Assembly: GCA_010015805.1 (NCBI GenBank)
Contig: ML978129.1
Location: 124,001-188,000, forward strand
Length of the DNA: 64,000 nt
Direction of reading: 5' to 3'
Source: Rhizodiscina lignyota
Taxonomy: Eukaryota
Each line of letters begins with the position of its first letter. Position 1 is the first letter of the stretch. Positions 1-10,535 of the stretch are shown here, piece after piece. Below the pieces are notes generated by a model. The model ran no database searches and had not been told where the DNA came from. It saw only the letters and a program-made list of their open reading frames with translations. The translations under genes and the position numbers were made by a program.

Positions 1-2483
1 ACACTAGGGTTGTTTTGACGGTGGACTTTAACCCAAGCCGCCGCGGCTTGTGACGCACGATTGAATCTACGGAAGAGCTTCGTCTCACGGTTTGTAACGT
101 CGCCAATCGATGTGTCAAACATATCAAGAAACTGATACTCAGAGTGCCCTAGTCGATGCCTGTCAAACACACCTGAGCATCGGCCAGTAATCAGCATCGC
201 CAAGTCATAGACAGATGTTACCGGCGGCCGAGTCTTTGAGTTTATATCCTCAATAATACCATCCAGAACATTGAGTGGGTCGTTCTTCGGTTGATCCCAT
301 CGCTGTGGAAAGCATGTAATGATCAGCTCTTGGCCAAGAACCCAGCACCAAAGCTGATCAACCATAAACAACTTCTTCTCCATTTTGTTGTTCTTGCAGT
401 ATCGCCATACGACTTGATCGCGATCCCGCTCCCTCGTATCAATTCCATGATAAAAGAACTGATCCAATGTTCTCCGGATGTGCATACGTGGTGAACTCTT
501 AAGGTACGCCTGCACTAGATTTTCATCTGGCGACGTGTTCCTGCTGGCTATAGGCCGGAAGTCTTGCGTATCCACTTCGTTTACAACTCTGGCCATCTTC
601 TCCCTCCTATTATCTGTCTCGTAATGCAAGTAAGGCATGAAGAGCACAATCTTGCCATGCCTGCCATCAGAAAAACGAGACTCTGTCCTTAGGTTTGGAG
701 GCGGCCTGTCCCTGGGTCCTTGGCCATTTCTCCTGCCACCCGGAGCCGGACTGTTGTTGTTTTTTGGGGTCTCATGAGCTTGTTGTTTGTCTTTCTTTCC
801 CCTTTTTCTTTCTGCTTTTGATGGTGTTTCCGCCTCAATGACCGGTTTGGGATCGCGTGAAGATTGGGCTTCTGGTAATGGCCCTCTCGGTGGAGGAGGT
901 GGAGTCCTTCCCTGCTTCGGCCCAGGTGGAGGCTGGGAATCTGGAGGAGGCGCCGGTGGTAGCGGTGGTAAAAGCCTAGCTTGTTCTGGTCCACCTGAAT
1001 GCTTCATAAGCATACTCGTTGCCAGTCGTTGACAGAAAGTTCTCATAAAGTGTGCATGCACTTTCGGCCCATGGTGCTCCTGACCAAAGCACTTTTCGAG
1101 CGCCTTGAAATCGTCCACATCCCGTGCACCCCCTTCGACGAAGGACTTTGTTAGAAGAGTCTCGACCCACGAAATGTTGTTCGCTGGAAGATGAATCCAC
1201 CTGAATGCTGGCTTTGACTTGATGTTCTTCGTAAGCGTGTTGACAAGTGGTTTGTCATTTTTAGAATCCCATCCGTACAGCAGATCGTACACAGAATGCT
1301 TGTAGACAAGCTGTCCCTTGCGATGTTCCACATTCTTTTCAGAAGGCTGCACTCCAAAATCGACAACTGTTGCTTCGAAACCTTGGCAAGCCTTCTTCGC
1401 TGCGTCTTCCAGGCGTTGAGAAAACCGATATGGCGAGAGCATGTGTACGATCTCCAGATGACCCTTCTCAGCAGCTCGAAGCATAGGCGTGCTGTTGAAG
1501 GTATCTTTGTTAGAGAGCATTATTTCCGGTCTGTTCATTAGCTCCTGAACGATTTCGATATGGCCGTTCTGAGCAGCCCAATGCAACGCTGTCATCCCGC
1601 TTGATGTCTCCGCGTTGACGTCCGTGAATGATGTGTTGAGCAGCCTCCTCACAATTGCGGTATGGCCCTTTTCTGCTGCATTGTGTAATGCCGTCCATTG
1701 CCCGTCACTAGTTGCGGATGCATCCGCGCCGGCATCCAGTAGCATCGCCACTATATCTTCGTGATTGTTCTCCGCCGCTAACTGCAATGCGGTTTTTCCC
1801 CTATTATTCGTCGCCGCAACATTTGCCTTTGGTGCTCTCGTCCCGGAAAGCAAAAGCCCGACCACTTCCGACTTGCCAGTTGCAGAGGCCCACAACAGTG
1901 CTGTCCTCTTCGTCCCATCCACCGCCTCCACATCGGCACCCCTTTCCAATAGTAGCTCCACCATCTGAATGGTCCATCTCCCCGGCTTCTCTGCCGCCAA
2001 ATGTATCAATGGAGTCCTCTTCTCTATGTCTCTCGCATCGACATCAGCCCTTGCGTCCAACAGACTCCTCACTACCACCAGATGGCCCGCCCAGGCCGCC
2101 GCATACAGAGCTGTCCTCGAATTCTTATCCCGCGCATCCACATCTACCCTCACTCTCGCCATGCCTCCCATTGTCATGCTCCCTGTGCCAAGCATGACCC
2201 TGACAAGCTGCGCATTTCCGCTTTCCGCTGCCTTGATCAGAGCGCCGACCTCATTCCCAGCCGGATTGACCTCCGCGCCCTTATCTATAAGTGCCCTGGC
2301 CAGCGACAGATTGCCGCGCGCAGCGACCTTCTGCAGCGAATGCCTCAGCGCGTTCTGATCCATACGGGACCCCCATAGCGTCTCGTTGAGCAGCGCGCGC
2401 ACGCGTGTTTCGTTTCCGCGTGCGGCGGCTTGGAGGAGGGCTAGCTGGCGGTCATCCGGAGCGTTGCTAGTGGTGCTGGACAT
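1..2483 (-). CDS. Ankyrin-repeat protein with CorA-associated domain (3' end runs off the left edge of the window)
   Basis: Manual minus-strand translation from ATG 2483 (MSSTTSNAPDDRQLALLQAAARGNETRVRALL) stays open to position 1, which is why the ORF track omits it. Repeated ankyrin units (RTALYAAAWAGHLVVVRSLL, KTALQLAAENNHEDIVAMLLDAGAD, WTALHNAAEKGH, MTALHWAAQNGH) are followed by FRWIHLPANNISWVE, VLFMPYLHYET, RRTLDQFFY, MVDQLWCW and IITCFPQRW, motifs typical of fungal ankyrin/CorA-like proteins. Confidence 0.85.
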   Translation of the reverse strand, partial: MSSTTSNAPDDRQLALLQAAARGNETRVRALLNETLWGSRMDQNALRHSLQKVAARGNLSLARALIDKGAEVNPAGNEVGALIKAAESGNAQLVRVMLGTGSMTMGGMARVRVDVDARDKNSRTALYAAAWAGHLVVVRSLLDARADVDARDIEKRTPLIHLAAEKPGRWTIQMVELLLERGADVEAVDGTKRTALLWASATGKSEVVGLLLSGTRAPKANVAATNNRGKTALQLAAENNHEDIVAMLLDAGADASATSDGQWTALHNAAEKGHTAIVRRLLNTSFTDVNAETSSGMTALHWAAQNGHIEIVQELMNRPEIMLSNKDTFNSTPMLRAAEKGHLEIVHMLSPYRFSQRLEDAAKKACQGFEATVVDFGVQPSEKNVEHRKGQLVYKHSVYDLLYGWDSKNDKPLVNTLTKNIKSKPAFRWIHLPANNISWVETLLTKSFVEGGARDVDDFKALEKCFGQEHHGPKVHAHFMRTFCQRLATSMLMKHSGGPEQARLLPPLPPAPPPDSQPPPGPKQGRTPPPPPRGPLPEAQSSRDPKPVIEAETPSKAERKRGKKDKQQAHETPKNNNSPAPGGRRNGQGPRDRPPPNLRTESRFSDGRHGKIVLFMPYLHYETDNRREKMARVVNEVDTQDFRPIASRNTSPDENLVQAYLKSSPRMHIRRTLDQFFYHGIDTRERDRDQVVWRYCKNNKMEKKLFMVDQLWCWVLGQELIITCFPQRWDQPKNDPLNVLDGIIEDINSKTRPPVTSVYDLAMLITGRCSGVFDRHRLGHSEYQFLDMFDTSIGDVTNRETKLFRRFNRASQAAAAWVKVHRQNNPS

Positions 2484-3079
2484 CGTTCGAGCCGTCGTTC
2501 AAGGTACGGAGACTTTGGCGCATCGCGAGTTAGGTCAAGGATATATAAGCCGTCATGGTGGCGGAGAGGCGCGATGGAAGCGAACGGAAGATTCAATTAG
2601 ACGTAAAGAAGGTATGTGACTGAGGGGAGATATCAAATAAGGCTACAGGAGATAATCAGACAGAGTTATACAGGTCGTGTGAGCGATTTGACCGGTGTGG
2701 TTGTTTGGTTTGAAATACGTTCAGCCCATCTGCAAGCCAAGGCCCTGGACTCTGCACTTGCCAGGGGTGAGAAATCTGGGGTAAACATGGCTTGGAGTCC
2801 TGGAGTCGGATTCAGTTAGAACTTCAGAAAAACCTTCGGCAATCAGAACAAGAGGTCGAACGTGTGAAAGCTTTGATCTGTGTTAGTAGTAGAGGGGCAG
2901 GATGACGCGCCATGTGTAAAGATGAGGTTTCCCTTGAGAGCAGGCACGACCACGCAGGCAGCACGTGTACATAAAACACTCTCTCCACGGCCTTACTTTA
3001 ACTTTCTTTCGTCAATACCCCAAATTTCGTATCACCAACCTTTCGAACGAAAATTTTTGCTCACTTAAAATCAACTCAA

Positions 3080-4188
3080 ATGTCTCGTTACATTCCACCG
3101 GCATTGCGTGGAAAGCAGAACGCGGCGGCTAGCCCCGCTGCTCGAGCTACTAGAAATGATCGAGAAACTCAGCCTTCTCCTGCGAATTTCTTCTCTTACA
3201 ACGAAATTCATCATCACTACTGGCCTGAATGGGACCCTTACAAAGATCCATACAGTAAGAGCTGAACTACTCACTGACTGAAATTGAACAGAGCAACTTA
3301 TACGGCATAGCAGCAGCTAGGAGGAAGTCCGGCCAAGAAGTGTCGGAAGACGCGACGATTGGTATTGATCAAGGAGAGGCATCTAAGCCAGCGGAGAGCA
3401 CAGATAGCAAAACTCCCCATGATGAAGCCAAAGATGGGGTTAAAGATGCAGAAAAAGAGGAAGTCCACGACAACGGAGGCTTTCTCGAGTCACAGCACGG
3501 GACCTTAAATGGATCCGCAGCAAAGAAAGATGAGCTCGTCTACATGATGATATTCCGCGGAGCCAATCCTCGCTGGCCGACCGACAAGATCGTCTTCGTT
3601 CATACGAATCTGCGCCTGCTCCCCAAGAGCAAAGGAAACGAGGCTGAAACAGGAACGACTAACAGTGACACTCCTGCCGCAGCGGAGGAGCGCTCTTCAG
3701 ACCTTCCATCAAACTCCAGCAGTCCATTCGCTTCAAGCTCTCAACCGTCTCTGCCCACCTGTATCGCAGTCTTCGCTCAACCCGAGAAATGTTATACGAC
3801 GCACGAGCCTGATTCGCGCAACTTCAAATTCGTCGGTTACCATAAAATTCAGCACATGCAGCTTCTGCAGCCTCACAGCGCCGAGCTAGTGCACATGCTG
3901 AAGCAGAAATGGGATCTGGGTAGGAAACGAGAATCAAAGCGCGTCGCAGAGTCGTGGAAGTCCAGCTTGAATCAAGAATGGGCCGTCCTCAAGCTTGTGT
4001 TGGATTACGATGCGAATTCGAATCTCGAGAATCCAAAGGTCGAGCACCTTGAGGATCGAAACCTAGGCGAGAAAAAGAATGTGACGCCGCAGAAGAGCGT
4101 CAATGGGCTACTGAAGGAGATGCGGATGGAAGAGAACAAGGATTCAAAAGAGGGACCTGAAGATGTGACTGGCGCTTCTGATACCTGA
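3080..4188 (+). CDS. Conserved fungal hypothetical protein (two reading-frame segments joined by intron 3255-3310 or by a 1-nt frameshift)
   Basis: ATG in good context (CTCAAATG) gives MSRYIPPALR. The downstream ORF carries GANPRW...IVFVHTNL and WAVLKL. A GTAAGA donor at 3255 with TAG acceptor at 3310 restores the frame. Confidence 0.7.
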
Positions 4189-4419
4189 AAAGTATGATGG
4201 CATACATTGCAGATGGCATTGAAGCAAGCTCAAACGACATTACGATATATAGGGCTCGTCTGCGCATAACTGCGCTAAAGAGCCCAGCTTTCTGAACAAG
4301 TCCCATTTGCTGGAGTTATGGATTACAATTGCATCTATGCTAAATAGAAGCACCACATCAAAAGCGTACAGCATCTCATAGGCACAGGAATATGTACATT
4401 AAACTAGGTCATCTGGGTA

Positions 4420-7170
4420 TCACTTTTTGGGCTTCACATACACACTTCTTAGGCTCTGTGCCGCACCCCATGTATCTTTTCCCAATCGTAGCCCTACGCC
4501 TGCGTGCCTCCGATTCGAGGGGCGGAATCTCCAGTGCGGTGGGAAGGACCTTAAATACTCTGGTCCTTCGGGACCAGATCCTTTCCCCAGTTTGATGACT
4601 TCAGGTTCCGTTGATTCCATGCCACGCTTCACCCAAATTCTCTTTCGATATACATGTGTCACCATTCGTGTTGGCCAGCCATCTCTCCGCGTAGGAATTA
4701 CGCCAAATTTCGTCCTGAAGGGAACAGCGTGGTGGAAGGTCTTCCACACAAATCGCTCTCCGCGCAGTCTGCGCAGATTGGCTTCTTCCAAACGCTTCAG
4801 TCGAATCTGCTCCCTCCACTTGAACGTAAGCCTGTCTAGACGCTCAGCGACTGCCTCCCCTTCTGCTCGTCTGACAAAGCTCAATACCCAAGTGAACTGA
4901 GTCGTGCTCACCCACTCGCCACGCTGGAGTGGACGAATGGCCCCGGCGGTCACGATAGCTTCGGCCAACTGGTGTGAAACCGGAGCACCGTATCCTTTCA
5001 GGTAGCGGTAACAATAACAGACATTGCGAAATGCAACGCGTGAGCTGACATTGTTTTCCTTTTGTTCCGCGAAGAGCTGCGCCATGTCGTTTACCAATTT
5101 GACGCGTTCTGGAGTGATCTCACGGATTTTGGCCGTCGGATCCACAAAGACTCTGGTAGGTGGCTGACAGTGCTGGAGCATTTGAAAAATTGTCCTACTG
5201 TGGACTTGACCGCCGTCAATGAGCCTAAAAATAATATACTCGTGCCAGTGTGAGAGCCTTGCGCTCGTACAGTGGTATATGTCAGCCGCAAGTTTGTGTT
5301 GGCCTGTTCTGACAGCGAAATTGACGACGGACTCAACCGCATCATCAGAAATACTAATGTTTCTGATTTGCAGCTTTCGTAGGACTCTGACAAGTGTTTC
5401 GGCACCGAAGACTTGGAGCATGAAATTTAGAATGATGACCATGGGTCGACTAGCACCGGGGAAGTTCCTGAGCGCAATTTCGACCAGAGTCTCTGCAACC
5501 AAGAGCCGCAATGACGAACGAGAGCCGCTGTTGATTTCAGAATATCCGAAGACCTTCCGTCTATATGTTGCAACGAGATTGTTGATACGCATTTGGTCGT
5601 AGTGAGGTGTAAGGCACCAATGGAGGGTCAAGCGACCAGCATCGATCGGGTGGAACGCTGAGAGGATTGGTGCCATCTGATCAAGCTGCCCATTATATTC
5701 CCTTTTCAGTGCGACAAATGCCAGCCGCTCAAGATTAGCCAGTTCGCCTTGCTGCCATTGATTCCAGCCTTCGGCATAGAAGCTGTCACGACTGGGTTTT
5801 TTGTCTATGTCCCGTAGAATTCGGAACCATTGGGGTAGAATACGTTTAACTTGTTCGGCGGAGTTCGATGTTGTTATGAGAGCCAATGTTGCATATTTGG
5901 CGGCTCTCAGCGCGTTCGACCAGGAAAGTATACCGAACGCCTCTCTTAGATGCATAGCGGTGAATGCGTTGCGTTCTGTTTTAACATGCGTGTCAAATAG
6001 CAGTTGCGCTAAGTGAGAGACGTACTCAGTATTCGTATACATTAGTGTACCCAATTCTGGCCAGGTATGTTTGAACAAATCAAGTTTCAGAGCTTGGCTA
6101 GAACGTGTACCACCGAGTTTTGTTCGCCAAAGTTCAGCGATCAAGACCTTGAAAAGGTACGGGTCGAGAGCCTGCTCGTTACGTTTGAGATAGGTTCTTA
6201 GTGCCATCCATACAATCTCAAGAAACGAGTTGATTGGATACTCAGAGCCAAATCTTAACGGTTGTCTTGTCTCGAACGTACTCCGCTCCCGTTTCCGCAA
6301 CAGCCTCAACAAGGTGCGGAGCGACGATTGACTGGAGTTGAATCCAAGGTGCATTATAACGAACCGGACGACCGAGAGCATTGCTTTATATTGTACCTCC
6401 AACAATGGCGAGGGAAGTGTTTGAATCAGACTGATCGTTTCATCGTTGTCCATCTGACTAACGCAGTCAAGGCCGAGTATGGTACGGATATCACTAGACG
6501 TAGCTCCTAGTAAGATCAACCGCTGCGCTACTTTCATGGCAGGCACATGTTGCGACATCTTTTGGGTGTACGACTGGAGCATATTTTTCAGCTCAGTGAC
6601 GCTTGTGCATTGGGCCAGCATGTCTTCCATCCTTGCCATGCTCTCTCTTTCTGATTCTGCTGGCTCTTCATAGACTTCTGGCGACTCGAGAACCGCTGCT
6701 GCAGCGGCAGAGGAGAGTGATCGTGTAGCATTGACCGCAGTGGGTTGCCTCCCTTCCAACGCCCAGGGCGGCTCCCAATGCAGCTTCATAGGGTAAACAG
6801 GCTCTGGCGACATCCAACGCCCAGAGAGAAACCAATTCAGGGTATATTTCCACATGTACCAGGTAGAGTTCTCAGTGTTCTCAATAGGCGCAGCGAGCGC
6901 CATCTTTCTCTTCGCCAACCGTCGTCGTGCCTCCAGCGGCCCCGGTACGTTGCTGCCATGGCGCCGCTGCGTCTTGTGAAGTATTGAACAGCCAATAAAT
7001 CGAGAAACTGCATCGTTCAGGATGTCATCAGATATCCATATGTGATTCTCGGCGTCCGATTGAGGTTTGATAGGAGGGCATCGGTAGGTTCGAGTTGTGG
7101 TACGCGAGGTTGGGCATCGTGACGAGATGAAAAGCGCAGCATTGCAGCGTACTGCAACTTTGTGATGCAT
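4420..7170 (-). CDS. 916-aa hypothetical protein, probably mitochondrial, helical-repeat (PPR-like)
   Basis: Single long ORF. The N-terminus is R/S/T-rich and lacks acidic residues, like a mitochondrial presequence. Contains SNVPGPLEARRRLAKR and a Leu-rich, probably helical body. The PPR assignment is inference only. Confidence 0.7.
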   Translation of the reverse strand: MHHKVAVRCNAALFISSRCPTSRTTTRTYRCPPIKPQSDAENHIWISDDILNDAVSRFIGCSILHKTQRRHGSNVPGPLEARRRLAKRKMALAAPIENTENSTWYMWKYTLNWFLSGRWMSPEPVYPMKLHWEPPWALEGRQPTAVNATRSLSSAAAAAVLESPEVYEEPAESERESMARMEDMLAQCTSVTELKNMLQSYTQKMSQHVPAMKVAQRLILLGATSSDIRTILGLDCVSQMDNDETISLIQTLPSPLLEVQYKAMLSVVRFVIMHLGFNSSQSSLRTLLRLLRKRERSTFETRQPLRFGSEYPINSFLEIVWMALRTYLKRNEQALDPYLFKVLIAELWRTKLGGTRSSQALKLDLFKHTWPELGTLMYTNTEYVSHLAQLLFDTHVKTERNAFTAMHLREAFGILSWSNALRAAKYATLALITTSNSAEQVKRILPQWFRILRDIDKKPSRDSFYAEGWNQWQQGELANLERLAFVALKREYNGQLDQMAPILSAFHPIDAGRLTLHWCLTPHYDQMRINNLVATYRRKVFGYSEINSGSRSSLRLLVAETLVEIALRNFPGASRPMVIILNFMLQVFGAETLVRVLRKLQIRNISISDDAVESVVNFAVRTGQHKLAADIYHCTSARLSHWHEYIIFRLIDGGQVHSRTIFQMLQHCQPPTRVFVDPTAKIREITPERVKLVNDMAQLFAEQKENNVSSRVAFRNVCYCYRYLKGYGAPVSHQLAEAIVTAGAIRPLQRGEWVSTTQFTWVLSFVRRAEGEAVAERLDRLTFKWREQIRLKRLEEANLRRLRGERFVWKTFHHAVPFRTKFGVIPTRRDGWPTRMVTHVYRKRIWVKRGMESTEPEVIKLGKGSGPEGPEYLRSFPPHWRFRPSNRRHAGVGLRLGKDTWGAAQSLRSVYVKPKK

Positions 7171-8108
7171 CCATGCGGTTAGGAGGATATGGTTTCCGTC
7201 AATTGAGTTGTCAGGATATTTCCATGGTCGCGTGAGAGGAGCTTGAAGGGACCTGCGGAGCTTATTGCGAGCTTGACGAGCTTGCTCGGAAGTCTTCCAA
7301 GGTTCATTGCAATATCGCTTACATAATCCAATATATCAACTTCACCCCATATCTGCGTCTTATTCTCACTTTCATTTACCTTTAAATTCAATACAATGAG
7401 CTATCCAAGGCATATCTTACTTAACTTGGAGAGAGAAGTTAATCCAGGGTCCTACAGCGGCACTGGTAGCATACGCTCTCCATTGATCGTGTCATTCGCG
7501 TCTCCTGGCCTACGGTTTATTCTGAGACTTTCCCTATTCTCATGATCAGTTCACTTTTGCTACATCGCGGATTGTGCGTAGCAAAGAGATTAGCATGAGC
7601 TTTTTGCATTTAATTGGCCTACAATGCATAAAATGTCAACAAAGGTCCCGGTCTCCCTAATATCTCAGATGATTCAAGCTCATTCCTGGACGATTGGCCG
7701 CTTGACGCCCCTAGTATACCTCTGAATGGTTTCCTTGAGCCTGGTGGAGATTCTGTTGCAATATCTTTAGATATTCAACACCGGTTCGTCGAGTAGAGCA
7801 AAGTCCCTCACATTTAACTTTGTTTGGATGAACTCCTTCCCTCAAGGTTCACCCCGCGGAGCATAACCCTGGAAATGATATAATTGAAAGATTTACTACG
7901 ATACGAGCAAGATTTAGACGTCGTTATCATCCCCAAACGTCATATCGTCAAGAAAACCAGCGGCTTTATCCTTTGCGGCGGAGTTTTGCTCTTGAATCAG
8001 CGTGTTGAGCGGCCGCGGAGCTTGACAATGATGAAATGGCTCCGCAGCTTGTGGGAAAGCTTTTCGTCATGTATTTCATCATTGCCCTTGTCATATCTGA
8101 GTCCTGCG

Positions 8109-8115
8109 TATATAA
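8109..8115 (+). promoter_or_regulatory. TATA box
   Basis: TATATAA about 135 nt upstream of ATG 8244, followed by a CT-rich leader. Confidence 0.5.
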
Positions 8116-8243
8116 GAACGGCCAGAACTTTCGTTTTCCGTTCCACCTTCTAGCAACTTCTCATACAACCCCTTCTATCAAACTTCCACTAAGCTCATAC
8201 TTTCCTTCTGCTACAAACTACCGACAGTAAATATCAACCCACT

Positions 8244-9720
8244 ATGGCTGTCTTCAAGGTCGTCATGTCCCTTGGGTTGACTGGTCTACTGGTATTGGGC
8301 ATTGCCTCGGCGTCGCCAGCTCCTTTACACCGCGATTCTGGTCTTGTCGCTCGCCAGCAGTCTCAGGCCTCTTATCCATCCACCACCCTGCCGGTAATTA
8401 TAGGTGTAGTCTCCAACCAAACTGAGTCAGGTGGTATTGTGGCACCAACCTTTACTGCATCGACTTCTGCATCAACTTCTGCATTGACTTCCTTATCGAC
8501 TTCTGTATCGACTTCTGCATCAACTTCCGAGCAGTCTCAAGCTTCTTATGCATCCATCACCCCGCCAGTGATTACCACTGTAGTCTCCAGCCAAACTGAG
8601 TCTGGTGGTATTGTCACTCCAGCCTTCACTGCATCGACTTCCGCATTGAGTTCCGCATCTGACAACATCGATGTGGATCCCATCCCAGGAATGGGGTTCA
8701 TTCTCACACATACGCCCTCTCCCACAATTACTTCGGGCCCTGCGAACGACCTCTATGGTACTCCGACTAATAACCTACATGCCCTTAACGATTTGACTAT
8801 CACACTATCCACGGATTTCAACATGGCTGACAACAATGCCAAAGACGCCGTCTTTGCTCCAGACGCATCATCTATGAGCGCGAGCACCAAATACGGTAGC
8901 GGTGTCTCAACAAGTGCTTGGGCACCTGGCTCTGGCAACTCAAGTACTCCTTCACCGGGATCAACGACTGCACCTACCCCAGCGGGTACTGGTATAGCGC
9001 TATCAAACGCGGCATCCAGGAGCTCATACATTGCTTCTTCTGGCCATTACTCTAACACCTCGGCAACTTCAGCAGTTGTCCCGATCGGCACTGGAGCCAC
9101 CCCGAGTGGATCGATTTCGGCTTCCATGCCCAGGTCTTCACCGGACTCGCCATTATACTACGTGTTTTCTGGACCTAATGGACCCCGAGATCCGCTAAAT
9201 CGTAGTCTCTGGAGCACTTTTACTGCGACACCTTCCGTGTCTACGTCTTCCTCGGTCCCACCGTTCCCAGTATCTTCCGATTCTGTCGCATACGCGAACT
9301 CCAGTGTTGGTCCCCATGGCACTGGCACTTCATGGACTATCCCATGGACTTCTTCAGAAACTCTTGCAAGCAGCGCGGGTCCCGACCTCGGAGCTTCTGA
9401 GAGTAGCATTCCCGCAGTGACGACATCTCCCGCAGATGCTCCTGCTGCAACAGTTGGAGCCGGCAGTGGCATTATCAACAACGCTTACGATGCAAACCAA
9501 TGCGCTTATGACTGTCAAGTCCACCTGCTCAATCTCACGGTGAGAACATACCTTGTAGCCTCTGAACATTTGCTGCTTATAAGTTTTCGAATAGACAACA
9601 GACAGTACGATCAGTCCGCTAGAAGCCATTAACAAGACGTGTGACCCACAGGCGAGCGACTATCGTGGGGCTCTTTTGCACTGCTCCTCTTGCTGGGACT
9701 ATTGCAAGATTCCTACCTAG
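8244..9720 (+). CDS. Secreted Ser/Thr-rich (mucin-like) protein with a C-terminal 6-Cys domain; intron 9540-9594
   Basis: Signal peptide MAVFKVVMSLGLTGLLVLGIASA, then an S/T/P/A-rich body. A phase-0 GTGAGA...ATAG intron gives NQCAYDCQVHLLNLT|TTDSTISPLEAINKTCDPQASDYRGALLHCSSCWDYCKIPT*. Confidence 0.75.
8358..8645 (+). repeat. Intragenic duplication (174-nt period) with an intervening 12-nt tandem array
   Basis: QSQASY..T.PVI..VVS.QTESGGIV.P.FTASTSA occurs at 8358 and 8532. About six GCATCGACTTCT-like units lie at 8457-8528. Confidence 0.85.
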
Positions 9721-10160
9721 CCCGCCTCCGCCTCCGCTGTTCCTGCTGTGCCGCTAACAACTGCTACGGCATCGTCCACGCTTCCGGTTCAAGGCTAGGT
9801 TTGTGTTCCATGCCACAGACATTCTGGTGGCGGTGAACAGATTTTTGGTATGATGGATGAATTGTTCGGGACGCAAGGACGCGCGGAGCTATTACAGAGA
9901 GAATCCAATTCTTTCATTCATGTATATCAATGGTTCAACTGAGCTCGAAATATGGCTGTTCTTGACGTCGAGGTGATGAACGGGGGCAGAATAGCATACA
10001 CGCAAGTGGTCTCGCAAAAGACACGATATGGTAGCGCAAAATCAATACAACACTTGGTTTGCCACACTGTCGTACTGAAACTCTTGTGGATTGTCTTCGT
10101 CCCGGTGAGAATACTCTGTGCGAAGCTGGCTGGCATGTTAGCGGAGGGTGCATTGTATCA

Positions 10161-10535
10161 TATGGGGATTGTATTAGTCAAGGAATCTATTCGTGCATAA
10201 GGGAGACTTAGAGAGATGAGAAGCGGCATTATGCTATGCATTTCACACTAAGAAATTGTAAGGAGAGTGCCGGATCTCTAAGTCTTCTCTGTGTAGAGCT
10301 CCGCGGCCTGCTAGCGGAGGATGTATTACGTTATATGCGGCATCTACGTGTGCGGAAGAGCGACTTAGAGGGACGAGGGTAGTATTACCCCAGAGACTTC
10401 ATGTGAGTAAACTAAAAGAGGGATAAAGGGAGTAATCCCTCACTCCTCTCCTCCATACGAAGTTAACCAGACTGTTGATAGAGGATACGTTGCGTTAAGC
10501 ACGGAACCCACTCGTACGAAAGGGCCAGTGAGACA
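10161..10535. other. Highly self-complementary intergenic element (candidate structured ncRNA or solo-LTR remnant)
   Basis: AGACTTAGAGA 10204-14 / TCTCTAAGTCT 10275-85; CGGCATT/AGTGCCG; CTCCGC/GCGGAG; GGGTA-GTAT-TACCC; AGGGA-GTAA-TCCCT; a second GACTTAGAG at 10362-70. Confidence 0.45.
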
